This document shows positions 52,700 to 61,458 of a DNA stretch of 64,000 nt, in pieces; position 1 is the first letter of the stretch, and every line of letters starts with the position of its first letter. Source of the stretch: Candidatus Doudnabacteria bacterium RIFCSPHIGHO2_01_FULL_46_14 (GTDB lineage: Bacteria; Patescibacteriota; Doudnabacteria; UBA920; 2-01-FULL-46-14); assembly GCA_001779925.1 (NCBI GenBank), contig MFEK01000014.1, forward strand, positions 1,011 through 65,010, given 5' to 3'. A model generated the notes under the pieces. The model saw only the letters and a list, made by a program, of their open reading frames with translations. It was not told the origin of the DNA and searched no databases. A program made the position numbers and the translations under genes.

Positions 52700-53449
52700 A
52701 TGGACCTCGATGTCTTTGAAAAAAATTATCAGCTGGAAAATCGGTACTGGTGGTATCTGGCGAGAAGCTACGTTTTTGATAAATTACTTTCCCGTTTTTT
52801 TCCGAACTCTACGGGAAAACAAATTATAGATATTGGCTGCGGTTCAGGCGGCGTCATTCCCATGCTTTCGAAACACGGCCAGGTTCTGGGGCTCGATATT
52901 GAGCCGCTCGCGCTGGAATTTTGCCGCAGTAAAGGATTTGAGAATGTGGCCTTGATGAAAGGATATTATGACACTGGTCTGCCGTCTGAATCGGCAGATC
53001 TGGTGGCTTTGTTCGATGTGTTGGAGCATTTTGAAGACGACGAACGTGCGCTTGCCGAAACCAATCGCATTCTCAAACCGGGCGGACATGCTTTGATCAG
53101 CGTACCGGCTTTCAAATTTTTATGGAGCGAGCTTGATGATGCTGCCCACCATTTCCGCAGATATACAAGACAGGATATGGAGCAAAAACTCGCACGCCAC
53201 GGCTTTGAGATAATCAAATCAAGCTACCTGTTCTTTTTTGTTTTCCCGTTGGTGTTCATCCACAAGCTTTTCGGCATGGGCAAAAAACGCGAGAATCCCA
53301 AGTTTCGCTATCAGGAGTTTCCTTCACTCCTCAACAAAGCTCTAGTCATTCCTTCCAAGCTCGAAGCATTTCTCCTCAATTTCCTCCGGTTCCCAATCGG
53401 TTCCACGCTTGTTGTCTTGGCGCGAAAAAAAGATTATAATTTACACTAA
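52700..53449 (+). CDS. Class I SAM-dependent methyltransferase
   Basis: IIDIGCGSGGVIPMLSKHGQVLGLDIEP (motif I); LKPGGHALISVP. Confidence 0.75.
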   Translation: MDLDVFEKNYQLENRYWWYLARSYVFDKLLSRFFPNSTGKQIIDIGCGSGGVIPMLSKHGQVLGLDIEPLALEFCRSKGFENVALMKGYYDTGLPSESADLVALFDVLEHFEDDERALAETNRILKPGGHALISVPAFKFLWSELDDAAHHFRRYTRQDMEQKLARHGFEIIKSSYLFFFVFPLVFIHKLFGMGKKRENPKFRYQEFPSLLNKALVIPSKLEAFLLNFLRFPIGSTLVVLARKKDYNLH

Positions 53450-53454
53450 CAACC

Positions 53455-53835
53455 ATGAAAATCACAAGAAACATAAAGCCCGAGGTAGTTGAGGACAGAG
53501 GAAACATTACGCGTATTCTGGATGTCGAGGAGCCTCTCCATAGCGTGCTTTATGTCACGTCCAAGGCTGGATCAACCCGGTCAAACCATTACCATAAAGA
53601 AGATACGCATTACTGCTACATTATTTCCGGAAAAGCCCAGTGGCATGAACGAGCGGTCGATGGCGGGCAAATAGAAAAAGAAATTTTGAACGCCGGCGAT
53701 ATGGTGGAAACTCCGCCGATGACCATTCATGCTGTAAAATTTTTGGAAGACACAGTTTTTCTCGCATTCTCGACACAGCCGCGCAACCAGGAGCACTATG
53801 AGGACGATACAGTACGCGTCAAATTGATCGAATAG
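53455..53835 (+). CDS. Cupin-domain protein (WxcM/FdtA-like sugar isomerase cupin candidate)
   Basis: 126 aa; RSNHYHKEDTHYCYIISGKAQWHERAVDG...GDMVETPPMTIHAVKF two-His cupin motifs. Confidence 0.55.
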   Translation: MKITRNIKPEVVEDRGNITRILDVEEPLHSVLYVTSKAGSTRSNHYHKEDTHYCYIISGKAQWHERAVDGGQIEKEILNAGDMVETPPMTIHAVKFLEDTVFLAFSTQPRNQEHYEDDTVRVKLIE

Positions 53836-53837
53836 CT

Positions 53838-54719
53838 ATGGGCACGCTTGGTTTCGGAGTAATTGGCACCGGCCGGTTTGGTCAACATTATACGAGGCTC
53901 CTTCGGGAAATCCAGGGAGTCTTTTTACTTGCAACTGCCAGCCAACATGAGAATAATTCGGAGGCTTTACTTGAAAATCCAGATATAGACTGCGTAGTGA
54001 TCGCCAGTCCCGCGGCTACGCATTTTGAGTACATCAAGAAAGCATTAAAAAACGGTAAACATGTGCTCGTGGAAAAACCTATGGTGACAAGCGCTGCCGA
54101 GGCCGAGGAAATAAAAATTCTAATAGCAAAAAGCGGCAAGATATTCATGGTCGCGCATCAATATTTATATAACGATTACATTCGAGCACTTAAAGCGCGA
54201 ATCGAAAGCGGCGATCTGGGGGAAGGGGCAAATATTAACGCAGAGCATTTGTATCCCGGGCCGATTCGGCAGGACGTGGGAGTGTTTTGGGATGCGGCCC
54301 CGCATGAAATGGCGATAATTGATTATCTTTTTGGACCAAGCAGGGTAATCTACGCTCAAGGCATTGCCAGAAAAGTTTCCGGCGCGCCAGTGGATGATTA
54401 TGTTTCTGTGGATGTGCAGTTTGAAAACAAAGTGTTTGCCTCCCTCCTTTATAATAGCGCCAGCCTGCAAAAAACCCATCGGATTGTTTTGACAGCATCC
54501 AAAGGGACGGCAATTTATGATGACATGGCCGATGATAAGCTAAAATTCAATCTGGGCAAAGAGCCGGTAATTGAAAAGATCAGTGCACGGGAGCCGTTGC
54601 GCAGTGAGCTTGAGCATTTTACTTCATGCGTTCGTAACAATACACTGCCGCTGACGGATATTGACCACGGCTTGCGGGTCATAAAGAATCTGGAAATGGT
54701 TTACGAACACCTCAATTGA
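53838..54719 (+). CDS. Gfo/Idh/MocA-family NAD(P)-dependent oxidoreductase
   Basis: LGFGVIGTGRFGQHYTRLL; DCVVIASPAATHFEYIKKALKNGKHVLVEKP, the family's conserved EKP motif. Confidence 0.8.
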   Translation: MGTLGFGVIGTGRFGQHYTRLLREIQGVFLLATASQHENNSEALLENPDIDCVVIASPAATHFEYIKKALKNGKHVLVEKPMVTSAAEAEEIKILIAKSGKIFMVAHQYLYNDYIRALKARIESGDLGEGANINAEHLYPGPIRQDVGVFWDAAPHEMAIIDYLFGPSRVIYAQGIARKVSGAPVDDYVSVDVQFENKVFASLLYNSASLQKTHRIVLTASKGTAIYDDMADDKLKFNLGKEPVIEKISAREPLRSELEHFTSCVRNNTLPLTDIDHGLRVIKNLEMVYEHLN

Positions 54720-54741
54720 GGTTAACGTTTTAGTTATCCAC

Positions 54742-54770
54742 TTGACAATAGGTGAACGAGCGTTCATCAT
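54742..54770 (+). promoter_or_regulatory. Promoter with Cheo-type LexA/DinR (SOS) box
   Basis: -35 TTGACA (54742-54747). Palindrome TGAACGAGCGTTCA (54753-54766) fits GAAC-N4-GTTC. ATG of the helicase gene at 54777. Confidence 0.5.
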
Positions 54771-54776
54771 TTATTT

Positions 54777-56441
54777 ATGACGCAAGTGCAAGCTCTGGCG
54801 ATTTTAAAAACCGGAGCGAATGTTTTTTTGACTGGGGAACCAGGGGCCGGTAAAACTCACATTGTCAATGAATATGTCGCGTATCTGCGCAGACGGGGGA
54901 TAACGCCAGCCATCACTGCCTCAACCGGCATTGCCGCCACACACATAAGCGGTATGACCATCCATTCCTGGAGCGGCATTGGCATCAAAACCCACCTTGA
55001 TAAATACGACCTTGACCGTATTGCCTCAACCGAGCGAGTGGTGAGACGCATTGAAAACACATCTGTTCTGATCATTGACGAGATTTCTATGTTATCTTCC
55101 GGGACGTTGTCTATGGTGGATGCGATTTGTCGCGATGTGCGGCGCTCTCCAGATCAAGCGTTCGGCGGCCTGCAAACTATTTTCGTTGGCGATTTTTTCC
55201 AACTGCCTCCAGTTTCAGAAAACTCGGATCACGGCTTCGCTTACGAGTCTCCTGCCTGGAGCGCTGCCGATCCCACGGTTTGTTATTTGACTGAACAGTT
55301 CCGTCAGGATGACGAGGATTTTTTGACTCTGCTCAAAGCCATTCGCGCCAATACTTTCAACAGCGATCACGAGCGGTATATGCTGTCACGAAAAAAACAG
55401 GTGAGCGAAGTCTCTGAATCCATCCCGCGATTTTTCCCGCACAATGCCCAGGTTGACCGGGTGAATGAGGATAGGCTCAGCAAGCTTGCTGGAGACCCAA
55501 AAATATTTGCCATGTCTACGAAAGGCGCTGCAGCACTCGTGGAATCACTCAAGAAAGGCTGTTTGTCGCCAGAGAATTTACAGCTCAAGGTTGGCGCGGC
55601 CGTGATGTTTACGAAAAATGTGCAGAAACAAGGTTTTGTGAATGGCACGCTGGGCACTATCAAAGATTTCAACACCACTACAGGTCTGCCGATCGTGAAG
55701 ATGAGAAGCGGCCGAACCGTCACAGTGGAACCAGCGGAATGGTCATTGCAAGAAAACGGCCGCGTGCGGGCGAGTATCACACAGCTTCCGCTGCGCCTGG
55801 CATGGGCCATCACTGTGCATAAAAGCCAGGGCATGAGTCTTGATGAAGCGGCCATGGATCTCTCAAACGTGTTTGAATACGGCCAAGGCTATGTAGCGCT
55901 GTCGCGCGTCCGCCGCCTCTCGGGCCTGCATATTTTCGGCTGGAACGCGCGCACCTTTCAGGTGCATCCGGAGATTTTGGCAAGCGACAACCAGTTCCGC
56001 AGCGCATCTGCTACGGCCGAAATAGCGTTAAATAGCATGCCTGCAGAAACACTTCAAAAAGCTCATGACGATTTTGCCGCGCGCTGCGGCGGGCATCCGG
56101 AATCTGCCGAAGATTCTCCCGGAGAAGAGCTCTCTGCGCTCGATACCTATGGCATTACCCTCGCATACTGGAACGAAAACAAGACTCTCGCTGAGATTGC
56201 CACTGTGCGCGAGCTCAAGGAGGAAACGATTTTGTCGCACATCGAAAAACTCGCGAACACAGGCAAGATTGCCAAAACCGACATCTCTCGCCTCCTTACC
56301 CCAGCGCTCGACCAGGCTCTGCCGGAAATCCACGCCGCGTTCCGCGAGCTTGGCCATGACAAACTCTCGCCCATCAACGCCCATTTTTCCGGCCGCTATC
56401 CCTACGACAGCCTGCGCATCGCGCGCATGCTTTTGAAATAA
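54777..56441 (+). CDS. PIF1/RecD-like superfamily-1 DNA helicase
   Basis: Walker A LTGEPGAGKTH; ASTGIAATHISGMTIHSWSGIG; Walker B LIIDEISML; QFRQ; KSQG; SRV motif. Typical PIF1-like layout. Confidence 0.7.
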   Translation: MTQVQALAILKTGANVFLTGEPGAGKTHIVNEYVAYLRRRGITPAITASTGIAATHISGMTIHSWSGIGIKTHLDKYDLDRIASTERVVRRIENTSVLIIDEISMLSSGTLSMVDAICRDVRRSPDQAFGGLQTIFVGDFFQLPPVSENSDHGFAYESPAWSAADPTVCYLTEQFRQDDEDFLTLLKAIRANTFNSDHERYMLSRKKQVSEVSESIPRFFPHNAQVDRVNEDRLSKLAGDPKIFAMSTKGAAALVESLKKGCLSPENLQLKVGAAVMFTKNVQKQGFVNGTLGTIKDFNTTTGLPIVKMRSGRTVTVEPAEWSLQENGRVRASITQLPLRLAWAITVHKSQGMSLDEAAMDLSNVFEYGQGYVALSRVRRLSGLHIFGWNARTFQVHPEILASDNQFRSASATAEIALNSMPAETLQKAHDDFAARCGGHPESAEDSPGEELSALDTYGITLAYWNENKTLAEIATVRELKEETILSHIEKLANTGKIAKTDISRLLTPALDQALPEIHAAFRELGHDKLSPINAHFSGRYPYDSLRIARMLLK

Positions 56442-56592
56442 ATAAGATTAGCTTGCCCGCCTCGTCATAGCTTTTTGACCGTCCGAAGCCTTGGCGGAGG
56501 TGGAAGGGGAGGGTGATAATAATATGGCCAATAGAAAATCCAGCGAACAAAATATTCGCCATGGAGAGGTTTTTGTTTATATGAAAAAGAAA

Positions 56593-56624
56593 AACAGCGC
56601 GATTGCTATGGCAATCGCGCTGTT
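56593..56624 (-). terminator. Hairpin terminator serving the minus-strand gene (possibly bidirectional)
   Basis: AACAGCGCGATTGC-tatg-GCAATCGCGCTGTT. On the minus strand it is followed by a T-rich run (TTTTTCTTTTTC). Confidence 0.5.
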
Positions 56625-56627
56625 TCG

Positions 56628-56984
56628 TTAGAGAATGTGGGTGATATTCTCGAGGAGGGCTTTCTCCAGTTTTTTCCTGGAAAAGAGGGGGAAATGTTCC
56701 GGGAGTTCGTCGTCGAGCGCTCTATTGATGGCGTCAGCGATTCGTTGATCCCGAGGTCCGGTGTTTTTCATTTTTCGTTCAATGTATCCGTGGATTTCAA
56801 TATGATCCCCGCGATACTCGTCGTTGCCCCGACCTTCATCGCAGGCATCAAGCAACCGTTTCCACTGCCCATCTTCTAGCTCGTCAGCTACGTCATCGAT
56901 CAAACCATGAAAGATAATGACGTGCATTCCTTCACGAAGCCTTCTATCTAAAATCATCATCACGGCGTCCACATTTCCGCTCAT
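56628..56984 (-). CDS. Hypothetical acidic protein (118 aa)
   Basis: Clean ORF convergent with the helicase. No recognisable motifs. Rich in D/E. Confidence 0.4.
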   Translation of the reverse strand: MSGNVDAVMMILDRRLREGMHVIIFHGLIDDVADELEDGQWKRLLDACDEGRGNDEYRGDHIEIHGYIERKMKNTGPRDQRIADAINRALDDELPEHFPLFSRKKLEKALLENITHIL

Positions 56985-57241
56985 CCTTATCCTCCTGTTT
57001 TGATTGCGTTAAAGGAGAAATACTAGCAGAAATTCGCCTTCCTGTCAACACTTCCTGCCAACGGCTATCATTGCCTTAACCGTGAGACTGACTGCGAGTA
57101 TAAAGGCTTGGAAGTTTATAATTTTGTATACGAGAGATACCCTGGCCCAATTAAAGTTAAATAATTACATATTTAATTAGGTAATTCCCGGGGCAGGGGT
57201 GTGATTCCTGACTCTCAATCAGAATCCCAGCTCAACCAACG

Positions 57242-57271
57242 CGTAGTACAATTCTACCGAATTGTACTACG
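57242..57271. promoter_or_regulatory. 30-bp palindromic operator candidate upstream of arsR-family gene
   Basis: CGTAGTACAATTC-TACC-GAATTGTACTACG. Confidence 0.55.
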
Positions 57272-57296
57272 TTTAGTTTTATGCTATGGTGGAGGT

Positions 57297-57569
57297 ATGA
57301 AACGCTGGACGCAAATTTTTAAAGCTTTGGCTAATATGAACCGGTTGAAGATCATAGCATTGCTGGCTGACCGAATGCCGCTTACTGTCACGGAGATTGC
57401 TGACGAGCTTGGCATTTCTTTTCGGGCAACGTCGCGGCATTTGTTGCTTCTCAGCAGCCTGGATATTCTCGTGAGCCAAGGCAAGGACGGACATGTTTAT
57501 TATGGTTACAATAGCAGCATGCCTGTGGACATTAAAAAGATTGTCGAGCTTTTCCTTCACAACCTTTAA
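57297..57569 (+). CDS. ArsR/SmtB-family HTH transcriptional regulator
   Basis: MKRWTQIFKALANMNRLKIIALLADRMPLTVTEIADELGISFRATSRHLLLL, the classic ArsR N-terminus and HTH. SD GGTGGAGG. Confidence 0.8.
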   Translation: MKRWTQIFKALANMNRLKIIALLADRMPLTVTEIADELGISFRATSRHLLLLSSLDILVSQGKDGHVYYGYNSSMPVDIKKIVELFLHNL

Positions 57570-57577
57570 TATATACG

Positions 57578-57607
57578 CGTTGTACAATTCGGTAGAATTG
57601 TACAACG
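57578..57607. promoter_or_regulatory. Second near-identical palindromic operator candidate downstream of arsR-family gene / upstream of GT2 operon
   Basis: CGTTGTACAATTC-GGTA-GAATTGTACAACG. Same arms as the 57242 site (one A/T difference) with the centre inverted. Confidence 0.55.
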
Positions 57608-57674
57608 TATTCCCGCGGGTGCGGGTTGCATATCGTGCTTGAAAAAGAGCTTTTTTGATGGTATAGTAAAAGTC

Positions 57675-58409
57675 ATGGAATTGACTGTCTTAATCCCAGC
57701 CTACAATGAAGCGGGCCGTTTACCTGCTACTTTAAAGAAAGTTTTTGGGCAGCTTCAGGGGAATTTTTCCATGGGCAGTTACGAAGTTTTGGTAGCCAAT
57801 GATGGAAGCCGTGACAATACTGCCGCAATTGTTTCTGAATTGGTCTCAGTTTATCCTGGACTGCGGCTGCTTGATTACAAAATAAACCGGGGTCGCGGGG
57901 AGGTATGCAAAGCTGCGGTTGGCGAGGCGCAAGGAAAATACATTTTGATTTCTGATGCGGACGGCAGTACTGATGTAAAATTTATCCGTTCGTTTTTTGA
58001 TTTTTTGGAAAGACATCTGGAGGTGGACATTCTCACTGGCAGCCGCGATATTGTGGACGCGAAAATCCTTACGCCCCAGCCGGTACTGCGCGTATTTTTT
58101 AACAAAGTTTTTTTACTCATGGCTAAGGCGTTGTTTGGCTGGCCAATGCACGACCGGGTCAATGGTTTTAAGATGTTCCGCCGTGATGCGGCCCTTGATA
58201 TTTATCCGCACCAGACAGAAAAGAGTTTTTTTGCCGAGGCGGAGCTCATTTTTATTGCTGACCAGCGCGGCTGGGAGGTAAAAGAGCTGCCTATCGAATG
58301 GACGGATGACCGTGATTCGCGCGTTAAACCTTTTCGCGAAGCCTGGCGCTCATTTTGGGGAATGTTTCGCATTGTCTGGCGGGGTAAAACCGGATTTTAT
58401 AATAAATAA
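57675..58409 (+). CDS. GT2 glycosyltransferase (DPM1/GtrB-like catalytic domain, no TM tail)
   Basis: LTVLIPAYNEAGRL; EVLVANDGSRDNT; ILISDADGST. Start could alternatively be ATG 57639. Confidence 0.75.
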   Translation: MELTVLIPAYNEAGRLPATLKKVFGQLQGNFSMGSYEVLVANDGSRDNTAAIVSELVSVYPGLRLLDYKINRGRGEVCKAAVGEAQGKYILISDADGSTDVKFIRSFFDFLERHLEVDILTGSRDIVDAKILTPQPVLRVFFNKVFLLMAKALFGWPMHDRVNGFKMFRRDAALDIYPHQTEKSFFAEAELIFIADQRGWEVKELPIEWTDDRDSRVKPFREAWRSFWGMFRIVWRGKTGFYNK

Positions 58410-60236
58410 ATGCAGTTATCAATAATCATCCCAGCTTATAACGAAGAAAACCGCCTGGCCCTGACCTTGGACCGGATTTTTGAATATTTGGCCGTGCATT
58501 ACCAGGGCGATTATGAGGTGATTATTGCGGATGATGGTTCCACAGACCGCACCGTGGAAATTGTTGCCGCTTATATGAAACGCCATCCGGAACTCAGGCT
58601 TTTAAAATTCGCCGCAAACCGAGGCCGGGGCGCCGCAGTCCGCAGCGCGGTTTCTGAGGCCAAAGGCGATTTTATCCTTGAGACTGATGCGGACGGCAGT
58701 ACAAATGAGCATGCGATCATTGCTTTTTTGAGCTATTTGGCCAAGCACCAGGACACCGATGTTTTGGTTGGTTCGCGCAATATTGAGGGCTCGCGTGTGC
58801 TTTCACCTCAGCCTGTATTGCGGGTGATGCTTGGCTACGCGTTTTTATTTTTGGCCAAGTTTTTGTACGGCTGGCCGCTCGTGGACCGGCAAAACCGCTT
58901 CAAGATGTTCCGACGTGAGGCGGCATTCGATATTTTTCGTTGCCAAAAAGACAATGGATTTTTGGCGGAAGCAGAAATCGTCTACATCGCAGAAAAACGC
59001 GGCTGGCAGGTAAAAGAATTGCCGATTTTGTGGACCGAATACAAAGGCTCGCACGTGCGGCCGTTTCGTGATTCGTGGCGTTCGCTGATCGGCATGTTTC
59101 AGATATTGCTGAGGAGCCATCGAGGCGAGTATTCTCAAAATATTTCTGTCTCGCAAAAGCCGAAAGCAGAAGCTGCGGCAAAAAACGAATTTGTCAGCGT
59201 GCTCATCACTGGCGGCTGCGGGTTTATCGGTTCCAATTTTGTCCGTTATTTTTATCACAATCATCCGCGCGCCAAGATCGTAAATCTTGATCTTTTAACC
59301 TATGCTGGAAATATCGCGAACCTGCGCGATCTTCAAGATTTGGAATCGCTTCTGCCGGAAGCGCGGCGCCGGTATTCTTTTGTGCAAGGCGATATTTGCG
59401 ATCCGCAGCTTTTGGAGGAGCTATTTGCCAAAAATCATTTTGATTTGGTGGTGCATTTTGCTGCCGAGTCGCATGTGGACCGTTCGATATTTAACATGGG
59501 TGATTTTGTGCGCACTAACATCGAGGGGACGCGGATTTTGGCGGAGACGGCACGCCGGCACGCCATCAAGCGGTTTGTTAATATTTCTACCGATGAGGTT
59601 TATGGCTCGATAAAGGATGGCTACGCATCCGAAGAGTGGACTCTCCGGCCTTCCAATCCTTACTCTGCATCTAAGGCCGGAGCAGATCTGCTCGTGCAGG
59701 CTTATATTCGCACTCATGACCTGCCGGCCATCATCATTCGCGGCTCAAACAATTACGGCCCGTTCCAATATCCGGAAAAGCTTATTCCCTTGGCGATCAC
59801 CAATCTTTTAGAGGGGAAAAAGATCCCGGTGCACGGCTATGGCATTCATGTACGCAGCTGGTTGCATGTCCTGGATTTTTGTCGGGCAATTGACGCGATA
59901 GCCAGCGGCAATCCCCAGCATCGAATCTATAATGTGGCTGGCGAGGAAAAAACCAACCATGACGTCTTAGAGCTCATTGCCAGATACCTAGGCAAGAGCC
60001 TTGCGGATCATAGGTTTCATGTTAATGACCGCCCGGGCGCGGATCATCGTTACGCCGTGGACGCAATTCGTTTGGAAAAAGAGTTTGGCAAATTGTCTAT
60101 GCACCAGCCGTTTGAGCAGCAAATCGGCAAGATCGTGCAGTGGTATATTGATAACGCTGATTGGTGGCGCGAGATTCGCCTCAAGGAAGGGTTCACTAGA
60201 GCTTATGAACGACAATCAAAAGGACAGTGGAGTTAG
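58410..60236 (+). CDS. Fusion protein: N-terminal GT2 glycosyltransferase + C-terminal dTDP-glucose 4,6-dehydratase (RmlB) domain
   Basis: N-terminus paralogous to 57675 (LSIIIPAYNEENRL; EVIIADDGSTDRT; ILETDADGST). C-terminus VLITGGCGFIGSNFV...LTYAGN...HFAAESHVDRS...ISTDEVYG...YSASKAGADLLV...NNYGP.QYPEKLIPL, strong motif-by-motif RmlB match. Confidence 0.8.
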   Translation: MQLSIIIPAYNEENRLALTLDRIFEYLAVHYQGDYEVIIADDGSTDRTVEIVAAYMKRHPELRLLKFAANRGRGAAVRSAVSEAKGDFILETDADGSTNEHAIIAFLSYLAKHQDTDVLVGSRNIEGSRVLSPQPVLRVMLGYAFLFLAKFLYGWPLVDRQNRFKMFRREAAFDIFRCQKDNGFLAEAEIVYIAEKRGWQVKELPILWTEYKGSHVRPFRDSWRSLIGMFQILLRSHRGEYSQNISVSQKPKAEAAAKNEFVSVLITGGCGFIGSNFVRYFYHNHPRAKIVNLDLLTYAGNIANLRDLQDLESLLPEARRRYSFVQGDICDPQLLEELFAKNHFDLVVHFAAESHVDRSIFNMGDFVRTNIEGTRILAETARRHAIKRFVNISTDEVYGSIKDGYASEEWTLRPSNPYSASKAGADLLVQAYIRTHDLPAIIIRGSNNYGPFQYPEKLIPLAITNLLEGKKIPVHGYGIHVRSWLHVLDFCRAIDAIASGNPQHRIYNVAGEEKTNHDVLELIARYLGKSLADHRFHVNDRPGADHRYAVDAIRLEKEFGKLSMHQPFEQQIGKIVQWYIDNADWWREIRLKEGFTRAYERQSKGQWS

Positions 60237-61458
60237 AACGGTCGGCAATTGCCGAATCTGCCGTTCCACTGCGCTTGCGGAATTTTTTAATTTAGGCGAG
60301 CAGCCGCTGGCTAATTCGTTTTTGAAAGCAGAGGATCTGGAAAAACAGGAGCCGTATTATCCGCTGCGCGTGCTGTTTTGCGAAAGCTGCAATCTGATTC
60401 AGCTCGGCGAGGTTGTAAACCCGGAGCTGATGTTTGGCGATTATGTATATTTTTCCTCGGGCATGCCGGCAAGCGCGCATTTCCGGACTTACGCGGAAAA
60501 TATTGTCAAAAGATTTGTGAGCCGTTCGGAGGATCTGTTTGTGGAGATTGGCAGCAACGACGGGCATTTTTTGTCAGTGGTCAAGGAGACGCACGCGAAT
60601 ATCCTGGGCATTGATCCGGCAAAAAATATTGCCGCAGTGGCCAACAAAAAAGGAATAAAGACTATTCCGGATTTTTTTGGAGCGCGCGTTGCCGCAGATA
60701 CGGCGGCGCAGTATGGACTGGCCAAGGTGATTTTGGGAAATAATGTGGTGGCGCATATTGACGATCACCATGATCTGGCTGCCGGAGTCGATAAGCTTTT
60801 GGCGCCGGACGGCGTATTTATTTTTGAGGCGCCGTACCTCGTGGACATGTTTGAGAATCTGACGTTTGATACGATTTATCATGAGCATCTGTCGTATCTG
60901 GCGGTGCGGCCGATGATCAAACTGCTCGATCAATACAATCTCGAAATTTTTGACGTCGAAATCCATCCCATCCAGGGCCAATCCATCCGGGTTTTTGCCG
61001 GCAGAAAAGGCGTTCGGCCCGTCCAGGGTTCGGTGACCGGCCTCATCAATAAAGAGTTGGCCATGAAATTGGATCAAATTGCCAGCTATTTCAAACTGGC
61101 TGAGAAGATAGAGAATTTAAAAAAAGAAGTGAAGGATTTGGTAAATGATTTAAAAGCGCGGGGGAAAAGGATTATCGGTTATGGCGCACCGGCAAAAGGC
61201 AACACGCTGTTGAATTATTATCGCATTGGCGCGGATATTTTGGATTACGCCACCGAGGAGCTTCCCTCAAAGATCGGTCTTTACACTCCGGGTACGCACA
61301 TTCCAGTCGTTCACGTTTCCGAGTTCAGGGACAATCCGCCTGATTACGCGTTTTTTCTGGCCTGGAATTACCGCGATGCCGTTTTTGAGAAAGAGATGGA
61401 TTTTCGGCGGAAAGGCGGAAAATTTATAATGCCTGTGGGAGAGGTTAGAATGTTATGA
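60206..61458 (+). CDS. NDP-sugar C-methyltransferase (TylC3/EvaC-like; Zn-ribbon + class I MTase + C-methyltransferase C-terminal domain)
   Basis: ATG at 60206. CRICRS...CESCN zinc-ribbon; VEIGSNDGHFL (motif I); C-terminal domain typical of sugar 3-C-methyltransferases. Confidence 0.7.

Noticed and set aside
56521-56590. Tiny ORF MANRKSSEQNIRHGEVFVYMKKKNSAIAMAIALFR in the helicase downstream spacer
   Set aside because: 35 aa, runs into the terminator hairpin. No support.
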